Source: Phoronis australis
Taxonomy: Eukaryota; Animalia; Phoronida
Direction of reading: 5' to 3'
NCBI GenBank assembly: GCA_002633005.1
Contig: NMRA01000759.1
Location: 61,976 to 125,975 of the forward strand
Length of the DNA: 64,000 bases
Shown: positions 36,999-49,719 of the stretch, piece after piece
Layout: each line of letters begins with the position of its first letter
Position numbering within the stretch: position 1 is the first letter of the stretch
Position numbers and translations under genes: made by a program
Notes under the pieces: model-generated
The model's input: the letters and a program-made list of their open reading frames with translations, nothing else
Databases searched by the model: none
Told to the model about the DNA's origin: nothing

Positions 36999-39900
36999 AT
37001 GAGCGAAGTATCAAGGCGTGTTGCCGTGGTAAGATTTCAATCTAGGCGTAATCGCAGTCTTACTTTGAGTTGACTTATGCTGTACTACGTATGGTCCTAA
37101 GACTAAGTGCAGAACACCACACGCGTCCTCAGCTTTTGATCGACGGACCCCAATACACTAATACTACAAGTTGTATTATATAGTGTATTGTGGATGATCA
37201 GAAGCTGAGGACGCCTGTGATCGTGCCAAAGCAATAATTAGCTTACTATTAGAGAGTCTGTGATTTGTAGCCTAACGAGTGCGGGCAGACTTGGAGACTT
37301 GTTGACTCGGCACTGACTATGCGTCCTTGTATAGGCACATATAGGCAACTGTCTAACACTCACCGTGACTAACAAACTTGATGCGCGTCGGTGTTGCCCG
37401 CCCTTGTTGCACTCGACAGTCCTTGTGCTGTTGGGGGGGGGGGGGGGGGGGNCTGTTCACATCTAGTCTGACTTTTTGACAAATGCTGCCCAGTGTGACT
37501 AGAATTTTACCAGCTACTGCCTATACAAACCATTCGATTGCTTATTTTGACAATGTCTTGTGTTGCACTTGCAACCTTTAACGCAGGGTATGATTATGAT
37601 CCTTACAAATAGTTAAGTTCAGTTGAGAAAACTGGTTCTCAAAGTGGGTGCAGGGTATAGTGTAAATTTTGGATGGTGTTTTCGAAAACTCTACAACAGG
37701 GTGACTTTTCAAGGCAGATCGATTCCTACAAATGGGTTCATTTTTGATTCCCTCTCTAAGTGGGTATGCATCCTTGGCTTTATTTTTCATCTACATTCAC
37801 TGGCTGTCAAAACATACCACGGTAGTATGTCTTTAATGAGTACAGCCGACTACTGAAAATGACCGAGGATGACTGCTGAGGCCCAAGTTTTTTAGTCTCT
37901 GTCTCAATGATTGATTAACATTTTTTTGTTTAATTGATGATAATTTCAGGTTACAGGTAGCAACAAAGGTATTGGATATGCCATTGTCAAGGCCCTTTGT
38001 CATCAGATGCCAGAATGGACGGTATACCTGACAGGTATTTAACCTCATACTGGATGGGCCCCCAATGATATAAATCAGCAAGTATTGCCTATGTACGATC
38101 CCGAGTATAACACCTAGGCTTAGTGAATGTCTGATACTTGCACTTATACACAAAGACATGATTTCACTCTACAGTTTTGAAGTGGCTATAAACCCTGGGC
38201 CTTACTTTGCAAACCCTGGGCCTTACCGTATGCAAACCCTGGGCTTTACTTTGCAAACCTGTGGGTTTTACTTTGCAAACCATGGGCCTTACATTGCAAA
38301 CCTTGGGTCTTATGTTGCAAATCCTGGGCCTTACGCTGCAAACCCTGAGTCTTACGTTGCAAACCCTAGGCTTTCTGTTACAAAAACCAAATTTGATTTA
38401 GACCACTTTACCATTTTTGTAATTTCTCTCAAATTCAGTTCCTCAGTTAATATTGATATGATGAGTGAGTGTCTATTTTACTCTTACAGTGTTCTACAAA
38501 CTAATGTCTTGGTTCTGCAGTTTAACTGTCACTTGGGTTTAACAAAACTAGGATGTTTATTTCAAGTTGAAAGTTCATTATCATGCAGCATTCATGTTTA
38601 TTTCATTATTTTCTGAGCCGTTATTGGTTTCTTATTGATGTTATATACCCTGCAGCAGGAAGCAGTTAATAACCAACGTGTATACTTTTTGCACAGCAGC
38701 ATGTACGATGTCTTACTTCTCATGCCAGTCTCCCATTACGCTGCATTAACTCCCCTGCTGGTTTTGTAATGGAAGGGGCATGGTTTATACCCACTTTAAA
38801 GTTAGTGGGAAAAATAAGGAGAGTTCCGACGAAGTTGTGACTGTAGACTGAAGTTTCGCTGATGTGAATGCAACATAGCATGCTTTGTTTTATTAGGTTG
38901 ATTGTTTTTAGGCGATAGAGCCCTCTGTTTGTTGGATTTAAGCACCAATATATTGTGCTGCCACTTGTTGTTGGTGACCCTTAGTATCACAAGTTAAATA
39001 CGGCTAAAATGTGACTATCATCGAAGCTCACATCTTGAAGATTTGAGAAAATTTGATTCTGAATTAAAAAATTACTGCATTTCTTTTCAGCACGTGATGA
39101 GGGTCGAGGAAATACAGCAGTTGAGGAGCTGAAATCTCTAGGTTACTCACCTCGTTTCTGCCAGCTTGATATCAGCTCGCAAGAAAGCATTGAAAAGGCG
39201 AAGACATATTTCATAGAAACACATGGCGGCATCGATGTTTTAATAAACAATGCTGGTATAGCATTCAAGGCAAGACATTTTGCTTCCTAAAAATTGTATT
39301 GTACATGCACATGTTTGGTCCTATGTTCCTGTTTATCATTATGATGTTAAGTCAATAATTGGATCAAGTTGCATGTCTCTTAGACAGTTGAGTAAAACCA
39401 AAGAACAAACAAGCTTTCAATGTTGTGTATGACCTTGTTGACAAGCTTGCACATTTAGCCACATATTTTCAAAACTAGATTTTGTCTCGGTGAGGTTATA
39501 TATTTTTGAAAGTAGAAAATCTGAAGAGTTTGATTTTTTACTTTTTACCAATCTATGGTTAATTGGGTCACGCGACCATGCCTTTTTAAAAAACTTAAGG
39601 AATGGTGTCAATGACATGTCAAATTTTAGTTGATGTAGTTGTTAAACATGATATTTCAGTTACAGTTTCTATAATACCATTTTGTTATCCGTTTACACAA
39701 TTTCAGATCTTTTCATGAAATCACATAAGTTCTTTGTTGATAGCCATGATGCAAAAGTGGATCATTTTGTAAAAAATTCCTAACATTGTTTTGGAGAACA
39801 ATGCATAAACCATGTAGTATCTTGTGAATTCGATAAGCTATTTCTGAGATGTGATGTTCCGAAGTTTGCCAGTTTTGGACGTTTTTTTAATTTCGATAAA

Positions 39901-42900
39901 ATAAAGCATTTGAAAATTTTCCTGGGGTCCATCATAACCTTTAAAACTTCATAACTGAATCTGGAGTTATTCATTACAAAACAGTAGATGCTGGCATGTT
40001 GACAAAAAATAAATCTATTACCCATTTTAAGAAATGTTCTCAGCAATGAATTCCTGCACATGCATGGTCCTATTGTTTTAAAAAAAAGTATAGGCACAGG
40101 GTCCTAGATGTGCTCAAATAGGGAATGTTGTACATGGTACTCAGTACTTGAGCAAATTTGCCATCATGCTTAAAAACGAGGTGTCGTGTTCAAACTACAA
40201 TGGTTTTGCATGTTTGGAACACGCGTTGCTAAAACTGATTTTAAAACGAGGCATTGTTTCCTAAACAACAATGTACAACAATCACTTTTTACAACGCCAC
40301 CAACGTGTGCAAGTAGTGAATTGGCTGCAATGCTGGATGCAGTCCTAGGAATGTAGTGCTCCCAGATGCGATCCAACTGTCAACTAGAGACTTTGTGGTA
40401 TAACTTTACCAGAATATCTGAGACTGCTCTCTTTTTATTAGTGCAGTTTTCTTGTAAGTGACCTAGTTGTGATGGCACTTGTTATGCTATCTAAAGGTTT
40501 TGAGCTGGCTCTTGCTCCTTGTTAACCTATTGATTTTTCTCAAACTCCCCACCAAGTTTCTTCTCTTCATGAAAACACCTCTTCCGACTGAGTAATACTT
40601 GATTGGAAATCGCCCAGGTTGTATTTAAAAGGATACTAAACCCTGTTTTGAGGATTTCAACTATTTCTGGTCCTGTCACCTACCAATGCATCATTGACGT
40701 CAATCTTGAAAGATAAATGCAGGAATCTACTCATGCTCCCTATGTCACAAATTGGACATTATGGTCCTTGGTGAGTGGTCTTTTTCTACAGTTGCCGTGT
40801 AATTCACTTAAAGCGTAGCTTGCGCTTGCCCGTGTAGCAGACTTCAAAAGGTTTTTTTATATTTTTTTACTTTTCAGGATTGCTGAGGGTTACAGAGCAT
40901 TATTTTGTTTCAGAGAACTGGACGGGAAAGTCGCTTTTAGTATCTATATATAATAGGCCAAAACCGAGTTATCTTTTTAAGGGCCAGCGCTGACGGATAA
41001 CTATGACCTGAGTAAGCTGAGTGCTAAGCTCCTGTTAAGGTGTGAAAAATTGAATGAACATGTGGCTAGTTCGTTCAGTTGCATTTTCACCCTTTGTTCA
41101 AAGACTGAATGAACTTTCACTTTGTCGTGAGATGCGACTTAAGTTAACTTTCATTTGAGGCTGCCACCAGGGAGCAGTTTATTAAAGAGACTATTGGGCC
41201 TTGTCTTACTGACTCTAGTGAAAAGTCAGACATCTGATTACGATAAGCCAAAAGTTAATTTTTTGTCTTTTGTGTTTCGCAAAACATTTGTCTTCTGAGT
41301 AGTTGAGCACAGATGTTGACTTCGAGTCGTAGACAGATTTTTTGACTTTCAGCGAAAACAGGCTAAGCCATTAGTAGACTGATTTTTAACCAAAAGTCAA
41401 AAACCTATAGAGTGGCCGAGATGCAGGATCCTAAGCTCTTAGGTATCTGCCTGCACTGGCCCTGACATGACTGAGCTTTGGCAAATGAGTTGGTTATTTT
41501 AGAAGTTTTGTACTTATGACTCTTGCTTTTTGGGTAACAAGTGTATTTTGCTCCTATTTATTTTTTCCATTGTGTGCGAAAATACTAAATCATTATTTTG
41601 TCACTTATGAAAATTGTATGCAGGTTTCTGGATGAGCTTTGTACATTGTTTATTCTTCACTTTCAGGTAAATTCAACTGTCCCATTTCCAGAACAGGCTG
41701 AGGCTACAATTAGAAACAACTTTTTTGGCACAGTCAATGTTTCAAACAGCTTTTATCCCATTTTTCGACCACATGGAAGGTATGTAGCACCACTTACCTG
41801 CAGCAGAGATGCTCAAGTCCAGTACATAATATGCTGCCAGTGGAAATTTTTCTTGTTTCAAAGTTTGCTGAACAATTTCATAAAGAGTTGGAATTAAGGT
41901 CATGAGACCTTCGTTGCCTTGCTATTTAGTACTTTGACCACTTAAGGCACCCTCTCATGCTATCAGAACGCCTTGTCTTTATCAATTTCCTAATCGTACG
42001 AACCTTCAAGGACTACTGTAAGATATTTTGACAATTGGATTGATGCACATTTGATCTGTGTGACAAATACACTGTAATAGATTTGAAGATGTATGATGGT
42101 ATTTGTGCAAAATCCAACATTTCAAGCTCCTACCGATGCTGCAGTCTGTAATCACAAAGTTTTCCACCAGATGGCAGCTGTGAGAGATGTCAAGGATATA
42201 CGGGCTTCTCAAATTATACATGGGAAGTAACAGTCAATTGCGCTTCAAGTAGATTAATGCGAGTTTGCTTTTTGTCACTGATTACAGGTTTTTACTTCAT
42301 TCTTGTAAACTGTGTACGGCTTTTGATGAGAAATTCAGTGAAATTTTGGCTATTAGTGTTATTTAAATTGCTTTCTCTCTTGATTTTAGATTAGTTTTTG
42401 TGGCTGCAAAGAATGCCTTGTCTGCTCTGGAAAAGTGCAGCGATGACCTGAAGTCAAAGTTCAAAAATCCTGACCTGACCTTAACAGAGTTATCATCCTT
42501 AATGAACAAGTTTGTTAGGTTTGTGAAAATGGTTCATGAAGTTCTGTGGCATGTACTAATGATTGTGCACTAAACATATGACATGTAGGCAAATGTGCGT
42601 TGTTTTGTCATCATGTTTTTTGTATGCAATCTTCAATTTGCAATTTTTCGTTTAATTTACACAAAATTCATACACAACATGTACTTCGTTAAGAGCCCAA
42701 GATTTTAGTGTTTTTGGACGTAATCTGACAAAAGGTGAGGCTGTGACGAAATTTTCAGATTCATCTGAAATTTGGGTTATCTGAAGAACTTCTGTCAACT
42801 GTTTCCTGATCTTCTGTTATTGAGTTATTCAAAATTTTCTGGTGACCTTTGTTGTCTTGTGTTTTGTTATAATTGTTTGTCTTCCCCTTTACGAAATACC

Positions 42901-45900
42901 ATTCGTAATTTCATTCAAACTCTTCTGCTAACTGTAAAATAAGCATTTCTCCAGAAAGATAAATGTATAATTCAGCTGAAGTAAACCGTCACTGGGTCAC
43001 AAAGCTAATTACAAATAAATCTCATATGAGATATATTAATTACCAGTTAATTAGTGATTTATTTGAATGATTGCTTAACAGGGACACATGCTAACTGTTA
43101 TATGGCAATAGTTTTATTCATAAACAGAGTTTGAGTGAAAGTCAAAATTAGTATGTCCTGAAACTTTATTAGAGTTTGTAGCCCAAATTCGTCAACAGTT
43201 TTGTCTCTCTTGATATCAACAACTGTAAGTGTAGAGACAGGTTAATCACTTAAATAAATATTTTTACCAGATTTTAAAGTGTTTTACCTGTTTCTACATT
43301 GTCAAATTTTATGCAGGTTTGGCACATGCCATTTTCAACAACGGTCAGATATTTTTCTTTTCAAACCAGTGCATGGTGTTCCAGATACAATGCTTGGCAG
43401 CCCAAAACCCAAATACAAGACAGATCTGTTTATTTGACATCTGAGAAAATTTAATTGAAATTTTCCTGTTTTTCTCTAAGGTATTCTGATCTCCCTTTAT
43501 TTTCACCTGTTTAAAACAATTCTTATTGTGTGTAAGATATCTCTAAATAGAAACTTGTCATCAATTCCTTATAGTTACATATTTGTGTTTTTTATTATGA
43601 GATTTTCTTAGTTTCAGTTCAAATGTCATAACTTGACTTTGAATGTGGTGAAACTTTCACATCATGTAAAGGTTGGTCATCCACTGTCTATGGAGTCTTG
43701 TCAGTTCAAAGTTCACAAATTACAACTTGATTATGACTCTGAGTTAAGTCAAATGTCATGACCTTGCTTTTCAGTGACACTACATAATACTGGTATCGTA
43801 TAAAGAAAGTTGGTCACCCACCGCCAAATTCCCATAGATTCGGGTCAGTTCAAAGGTCAAAGGTCATGACTAGGTTATAACAAATTTCAAAGGTCATGAC
43901 CTCCCCTTAAATACACTACCATAATTCTCCACTGATTTTGCTCAAAAGTAATTGCCAAAATTGTCATATTTCCATTTTCCAAGGCGGATTACTTTACTAC
44001 AAATAATGGAAAATTCACCAAAAGTCGTTTTTTTGTTGACACCTAGACAGTAGAAACCTTGCTAATGATAAACTAAACTTTTCTTATTCTTTATTTTTGT
44101 GGAGAAATTTGACAAATACAATTTCACTTGTCAGTCATATTGTGTGCTAAACAAGTGAAGACTTGTTGTGCTGTTTTTCAGTGACACAAAGAGTGGCCTT
44201 CATAAGGAAGAAGGTTGGCCAGCTACTGCTTATGGAGTTGCCAAGATTGGGGAAACAGCTCTGTCAAGGATCTTCCAGCAAAATTTTGACAACGACGAAC
44301 GACACGACTTGGTGGCCAATGCTGTGAGAAATGTTTTGTGATGTCATTGCTCTGTGTGTTCACTGGCTGTACAGTTTAAATACCCATTGCACAGTGGTGT
44401 TAAAATGAGAAATTAATTCCAGAGTTAGAGGTGGTTTTCATGAGAGATTGATATGAAAGAGTGACCTTTGGTTATTCAAATTATGTACCGCAACTGTTAA
44501 AACACATGGGGTACATAGATTCAACATGGTACTGGGGCTTAGCAGGAATTGTCTTTTGCCTAATAACTATGCTCAGACAGATTGTTGCAAAAATACTTCA
44601 ATTAAATTTTAATTCCAGATGACAGCAGTTTCTAAATCGAGTCTAGTCCAAATATCAATCTAGTCCATTGTAAAGCGTTCCCGTTCCCATGCACTTTTGT
44701 CTAGCATCGTGATTTGCAGGCCAATTATCTACAACAGTTCAAAGATTTACTGACCACTCATCAATGGCTACCAGAGTACAGAGAACTAATGCATCGATTT
44801 TGGCCATTTTTTTCGCACATATTCGGGTAAAACTGACCTTAGCTTAAGTTTGTATAAGGAATTCAATTTCAGAAGCCAATGAAACCTTTCGAAAAATCAC
44901 CAGTTTTAGTCCAAAATCTATCAATTTATTCTACAAGGCTTGGAATTTTCCTCTTGTAAGAGGATTTCCTCTTCTTTGATTTCCAGTTTCCTCTTTTTGA
45001 CTTTATTCTTGCAAAGATGTCTATTTCATTTAAATTTTACAACACAAAAATGTTTCTATCACACAAGCCTATCTATTTATGGAACCATTCATTTTCCTCT
45101 TTACGTCATTGGTCATTCCAAAGCCTGATTCAAGCCGGTGTAGTACTGCGGTGATTAACTGCACTCCACATAATAGGATCATAGACCAGCTTCTCTGACA
45201 TGCAGGCCTCTTGACTACAATGAGAATTTTTTACAAATCTATTGATGAAATAAACAGTGCTGTGAATGGCCCCGGGAGGGTCAAGTAATTAATGTCAGAG
45301 TTGGTTTGCTGAGATGTGATATTGTTTCTTCAAAGCAGTATAATGTTGTTATGTTAGTAATAACAGACTGTTTTAAAACCCTGGCATTACTTGTATTCAC
45401 CTCGGTACATGGGATTATGTTGGTTGTCAGAATTCACCTTTTTCCAAATAACCAAATTATCAAGTATACTAGGAATGACACACATTCTTCTATAGCTCAG
45501 TTATTAACGTTACATTCTCTTGATGGTGAAGGGATTAACGTTTCTTGGCAAAAATTTTATGTGCGTAATAAATGTACACATTTAATGTCTCTAGCAGCAC
45601 AGCACTGTCCAAAAGCTTTTTAGTTTAGATATTATCATGAATACCTCATTTAGTTTTCCTTGGCAATGGTTTTTGACTGTTCACAGAGACATCTATTGCG
45701 ATTAATGTTGATTGTGTTATTTATTTATCTCAGTGCTGTCCGGGTTTTGTCCAGACTGACATGTCTTCCCATAAAGGACCTCTGACGCCTGAGCAAGGTT
45801 TGTAAATATGTTATAGTGATTTTCTAAAATTTTTTAATTAGTGAACTAAAAAAGCAGATCATTTTTGATGAAAGGGAAATAGCTCTGTAGGAGTATCCCT

Positions 45901-47981
45901 TTTCGTGGAAATGAAAATTAAAATTGATTTGCCGTGTTTTATTTCGTGTTTCCTATTTTTGCTCATCCCTTACTCGGATGAGAAGTGCCTCCTGTGATTG
46001 CAAAGAACTGACAGTTCGTTTTTTTTTCTTGAGACCATGTGCAAGTGCTCTTGTAGAACCTGGTCTCGAGAACTAAATGAACTGTCTGTTCTTTGGAAGC
46101 TCTGAAATCACTTCAAATTTGGAACCAATCATATCATGCCTTGTGCCATTTTAACATATTAAAACCTTTAATTTTCTATTCCAAGTAAGGTATAAATTTA
46201 GGCATATGTGTATTTTATATCACTGCAAACTGGTCTAATTTAATAGTTAATGTTTTTGTGTGAGCAAAAATTACCCACATGACTGTGCATTGTGATTTGT
46301 GCTAAACATCAAATTGAGCACACCGTCACACTGCACAGTTTAAATGCCCTTTTAATGTAATACTATTCAACAAGAGGTGGCACTGTTCTTCTGGCTGGTC
46401 TGCATTATTGTCACCAATGTTCTGTCATCATACAATCTGATTTTCTATGAATTATCTCCACCAAATTATCATCACAAAGCTACGTTAATTGCACATGATG
46501 GGTGCTGATTTAAAAAAAATCTTTAAAGCAACAGTAAACCTGTGTTCTGTTGAAAAAGCTTATGGATTAAATCACTTACTGCTTTAACGTTGGTCTCAAG
46601 TTGTTCTTTACTTAGATAAGTAGTTTTTGGGTTTTGCAAAGAACTGACAGAACATGCTCCACACAGCAAGTTTTGTTATTTTTGAGATGAGGTTCTACCA
46701 CTTGTGGACCTCATTTCAGAAATAAACTATTCTTTCCATGTAAAGAATTGTAGGACGACACTTGGCTTACCTCAAAATCCAACTAATGCCTGGTGGTTTG
46801 GTAATTGGCCGAATTATATGTGGGACACCCAACACAATTAATGAGGACATATTATTGCAAGGGGAAACAAACATTTTAGGTTGTAAAAGTCACATTTTGT
46901 CATTGTCCATTTTCAAAGTTCAAAAACCTGGTTTTCATGAACTATTCAAATAGTATGCTATTTTCAAACTTTCAAAACAAACATTTAAAATACTATTGTT
47001 GCCCGTAATGTGTTTGTTTATCTAGAGAAAGATAACATCAGCAGCTCTAGGCAATTTAACTTACCACAACAGCATGGTGTCTTTGATCTAATCAGGCAGA
47101 TTCTGTGGTGCACAATCTCAACCAGTTGAGGTGTCAACATAGGATTCTTTTCTTGCAAACCCAGACATTAACTCAAGCAATTTGAGACCATAACCAGTAA
47201 GTGGTCTTAACCAAATATAGGTTGATAGGATGGAAGCCAGGTTTGTTGCTACTTTGTTCAAGCAAATTAGTTATAACCTCTCACTGGTTTCCAAGAATTG
47301 TTCAAAACTAGGACAAAAACAAAGACCTATGTTGCATGTCCCTGTGACATGCCCATTGCACGCCGCTTTTACAAATCTGTGTAGATGGATGGCTGGTGCT
47401 CAAAGTCAATCAGTTTTCAACAGTGAAATGTATATTCTGGTGTGTGAGAGCAAATATCTGAATAATGTCATGTAATTTTGGAACGCTAAAATCAGCATTC
47501 TGAGCACGCAATCACTTCTCTCTGCCATCCAACTGCTTGAGGAGACAGTGTGGCTCGGTGGTTAGAGCTCTGGACTCCTTCTTGGGAGACTTGAGTTCAA
47601 ATCTGGGATTCATTGGCTGACATTCCAGCATTGCACAAAGGTGTCTCCTACTCCTCTGACCTCGGTCTTACTTGTGAATGGGAGTTAATGAGAACCTGGA
47701 TGTAATGTGAAAGCGATTTCTGGGGATGTGCTCATATTATTATTATATCTGATTGCTTTGTTTTTTTCGCTCTTAAAGCTGATTTTATCTTTTGGAAAGT
47801 AAATTCAGCCGTTTGAACAGAGATTTATTGGAAAGTTTTGAAAGCTGATGTGACTAGATTACCCACCCCGTGTTTGTTTCTCACTTCAGGTGCAGAGAAT
47901 CCAATTTACCTAGCACTACTACCCAATGACACTGATATAAGGGGACGTTTTGTTGTTGACAAGAAAGTAGTGCCATGGTAA
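36999..47981 (+). CDS. CBR1: Carbonyl reductase [NADPH] 1-like short-chain dehydrogenase/reductase, 277 aa
   Basis: Exons 36999-37028, 37950-38034, 39091-39269 (GC donor), 41667-41779, 42390-42518, 44182-44323, 45734-45797, 47890-47981 (834 nt). Motifs: RVAVVTGSNKGIG, VYLTARD, QLDI, DVLINNAGIAFK, NFFGT, GWPATAYGVAKIG (YxxxK), CCPGFVQTDM, GAENPIYLALLP, ending VVPW*. Confidence 0.95.
37118..37219. mobile_element. Hairpin MITE with CACA(G/C)GCG termini in CBR1 intron 1
   Basis: GCGTCCTCAGCTTTTGATC / GATCAGAAGCTGAGGACGC arms plus inner CAATACACTA / TAGTGTATTG arms. Termini resemble 61046-61156. Confidence 0.65.
38190..38371. repeat. 21-bp minisatellite (AAACCCTGGGCCTTACTTTGC) x ~8.5
   Basis: Tandem units directly visible in CBR1 intron 2. 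Confidence 0.9.
47541..47746 (+). mobile_element. tRNA-derived SINE
   Basis: Pol III A box TGGCTCGGTGG, B box GAGTTCAAATC, 3' (ATT)n tail. Confidence 0.65.
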
Positions 47982-49477
47982 CATGATTAATTCATGGTTG
48001 TCGAGGAAGTTTTGCCATAGCAGCAAGTCATATTTGTCGTCAAGGAAGTGATGCTACACTTGCATGAGACATTAATGTCTGGGATGAGTACCGTGTGACG
48101 GTAGTAGTAAGAGTTAGACAAGTGTGATCACATACTTCTCATGTTGATGTCTTGCAAAGACTTGAAAGGCGCAACCGAACACAGCCCTGACTTGATTCAT
48201 TATGAGCATATCAGATGGGTGGGAGGTCAGCTGACTGACGTTGTTGTGACGATAATATAGTTCTTCCCCAGCACGTTGGAAAACGCTTGAAGCCTGATTG
48301 AACTTGCTGGAAGAGAAACTTGAAAACGTGGTACTGTAACAGTGGGAATTACGGGAAAAGTCTGACCTATTTCGGACAAAAACTGTAAACAAATTAGCCA
48401 TTGTTTCATTATTGGTAGGGCTACAACAGTGTTGTTAATGTGAGCAATTTTTTCAAAATGTTGTGGTGATGTCTATGGTACAAACCTTGAATAGTTTTAC
48501 TCAAAAGCATTTCTTTATTGGTGCTTACCTTTCTTGGTAAAAATCAAAGAATATAATTTCATTGCCTGTCATGTTGTGTCCAAAATTACTGAGATTTTGC
48601 CATAGATTATTTTACATGGAGATTACGTTTAACTTGTTATTTAAAGCAGTTATCAAACCACTTCCCTTCACAAAAACCAACTTTCAAATTGTTTTGTAGT
48701 CAACTGAAATTGGAGGTGATTTCAGGTTTCGAAGGAACTGACGGTTCCTCATTCGTGCCACCAGGTTGCACAAACAGACCTGTCATGGCATTTAGTTTTA
48801 CGCGTGGATTGTCTCTAGGATTGACAACTGTCATTTCTTTACAAACCTGGTCATCATTCATCAGCTGAGTGAGGTTCTAGTTGAAACCAATTTTACAGGG
48901 TAAGTTGTCAAATTCTAGTTCGCTTTTTTACTTATCATGGGCTTATAAACAATTAATCAAAGTACCAATGAAATTATTTTGCTAGTGTTAAGTGTTGGGT
49001 ACAATAATTGAAAGTGGGTACACTATCAGCCCTCAATTCCATATCAATACTCTTTCTATACAGATACCGAGTACCAATGAAACTTGAGATATCTTTGGTC
49101 ATTTAACCCTGAAAGAACTCAACTACTGAGTCCTCATCGCCCCTCGTACGATAATTCCCCCAAAATCCACTCGGGCTCTAGATAACGGGGTATAACGACT
49201 TCGCCAGGTAATAATCTATATTTATCCTTTAAACATCTTGAAGTGTTGCTTTTAAAACTGTTCTCTTCTGTTAACTTGAGAAAAATCCTGCTTCTGTATG
49301 TCCTAAACCCCTTGCCTGATCTTTGTGAAATTTGCCGAGTTTAGGCCTATGAATTGAACGTGACCAGGGAAGGATAAAACTATTTATACCGCAATATTAG
49401 CCTCAGCCAATACAACCGTGTAATAACTCATTTACATGTAGATCTCTCACTAGTGAGATATCATTTTGGCGGAAACA

Positions 49478-49551
49478 GAGGCCGGTTTCGAACCCGGTCC
49501 GCAAGAGTTTCGAGTCGTCGACTTTACCATGACTGCACCACTCAGCGGCTG
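49478..49551 (-). mobile_element. tRNA-derived SINE head (or tRNA pseudogene)
   Basis: Minus strand has A box TGGTGCAGTCATGG and B box/T-arm CCGGGTTCGAAACCGG. The acceptor stem does not close. Confidence 0.55.
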
Positions 49552-49719
49552 ACATCATCGAACGTGAAAATAGAATACTTGAATGAATAAGCACGCGCAA
49601 CAATAGCATGTTCAGCAAAGGGCATTATATATCTGCAAAATCAGTGTGGTGCTTCATATTGCTTTGTATCAAACTGTAATATATTGCTTTGCGTTGTGCA
49701 ATACTGTATCGCACCTTAT

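Noticed and set aside
38158-38616. 152-aa ORF with ANPGPY repeats
   Set aside because: Read-through of a 21-bp intronic minisatellite containing frameshifting units.
47541-47610. Functional tRNA gene
   Set aside because: A and B boxes are present but there is no closed cloverleaf, and it continues into a SINE body and (ATT)n tail.
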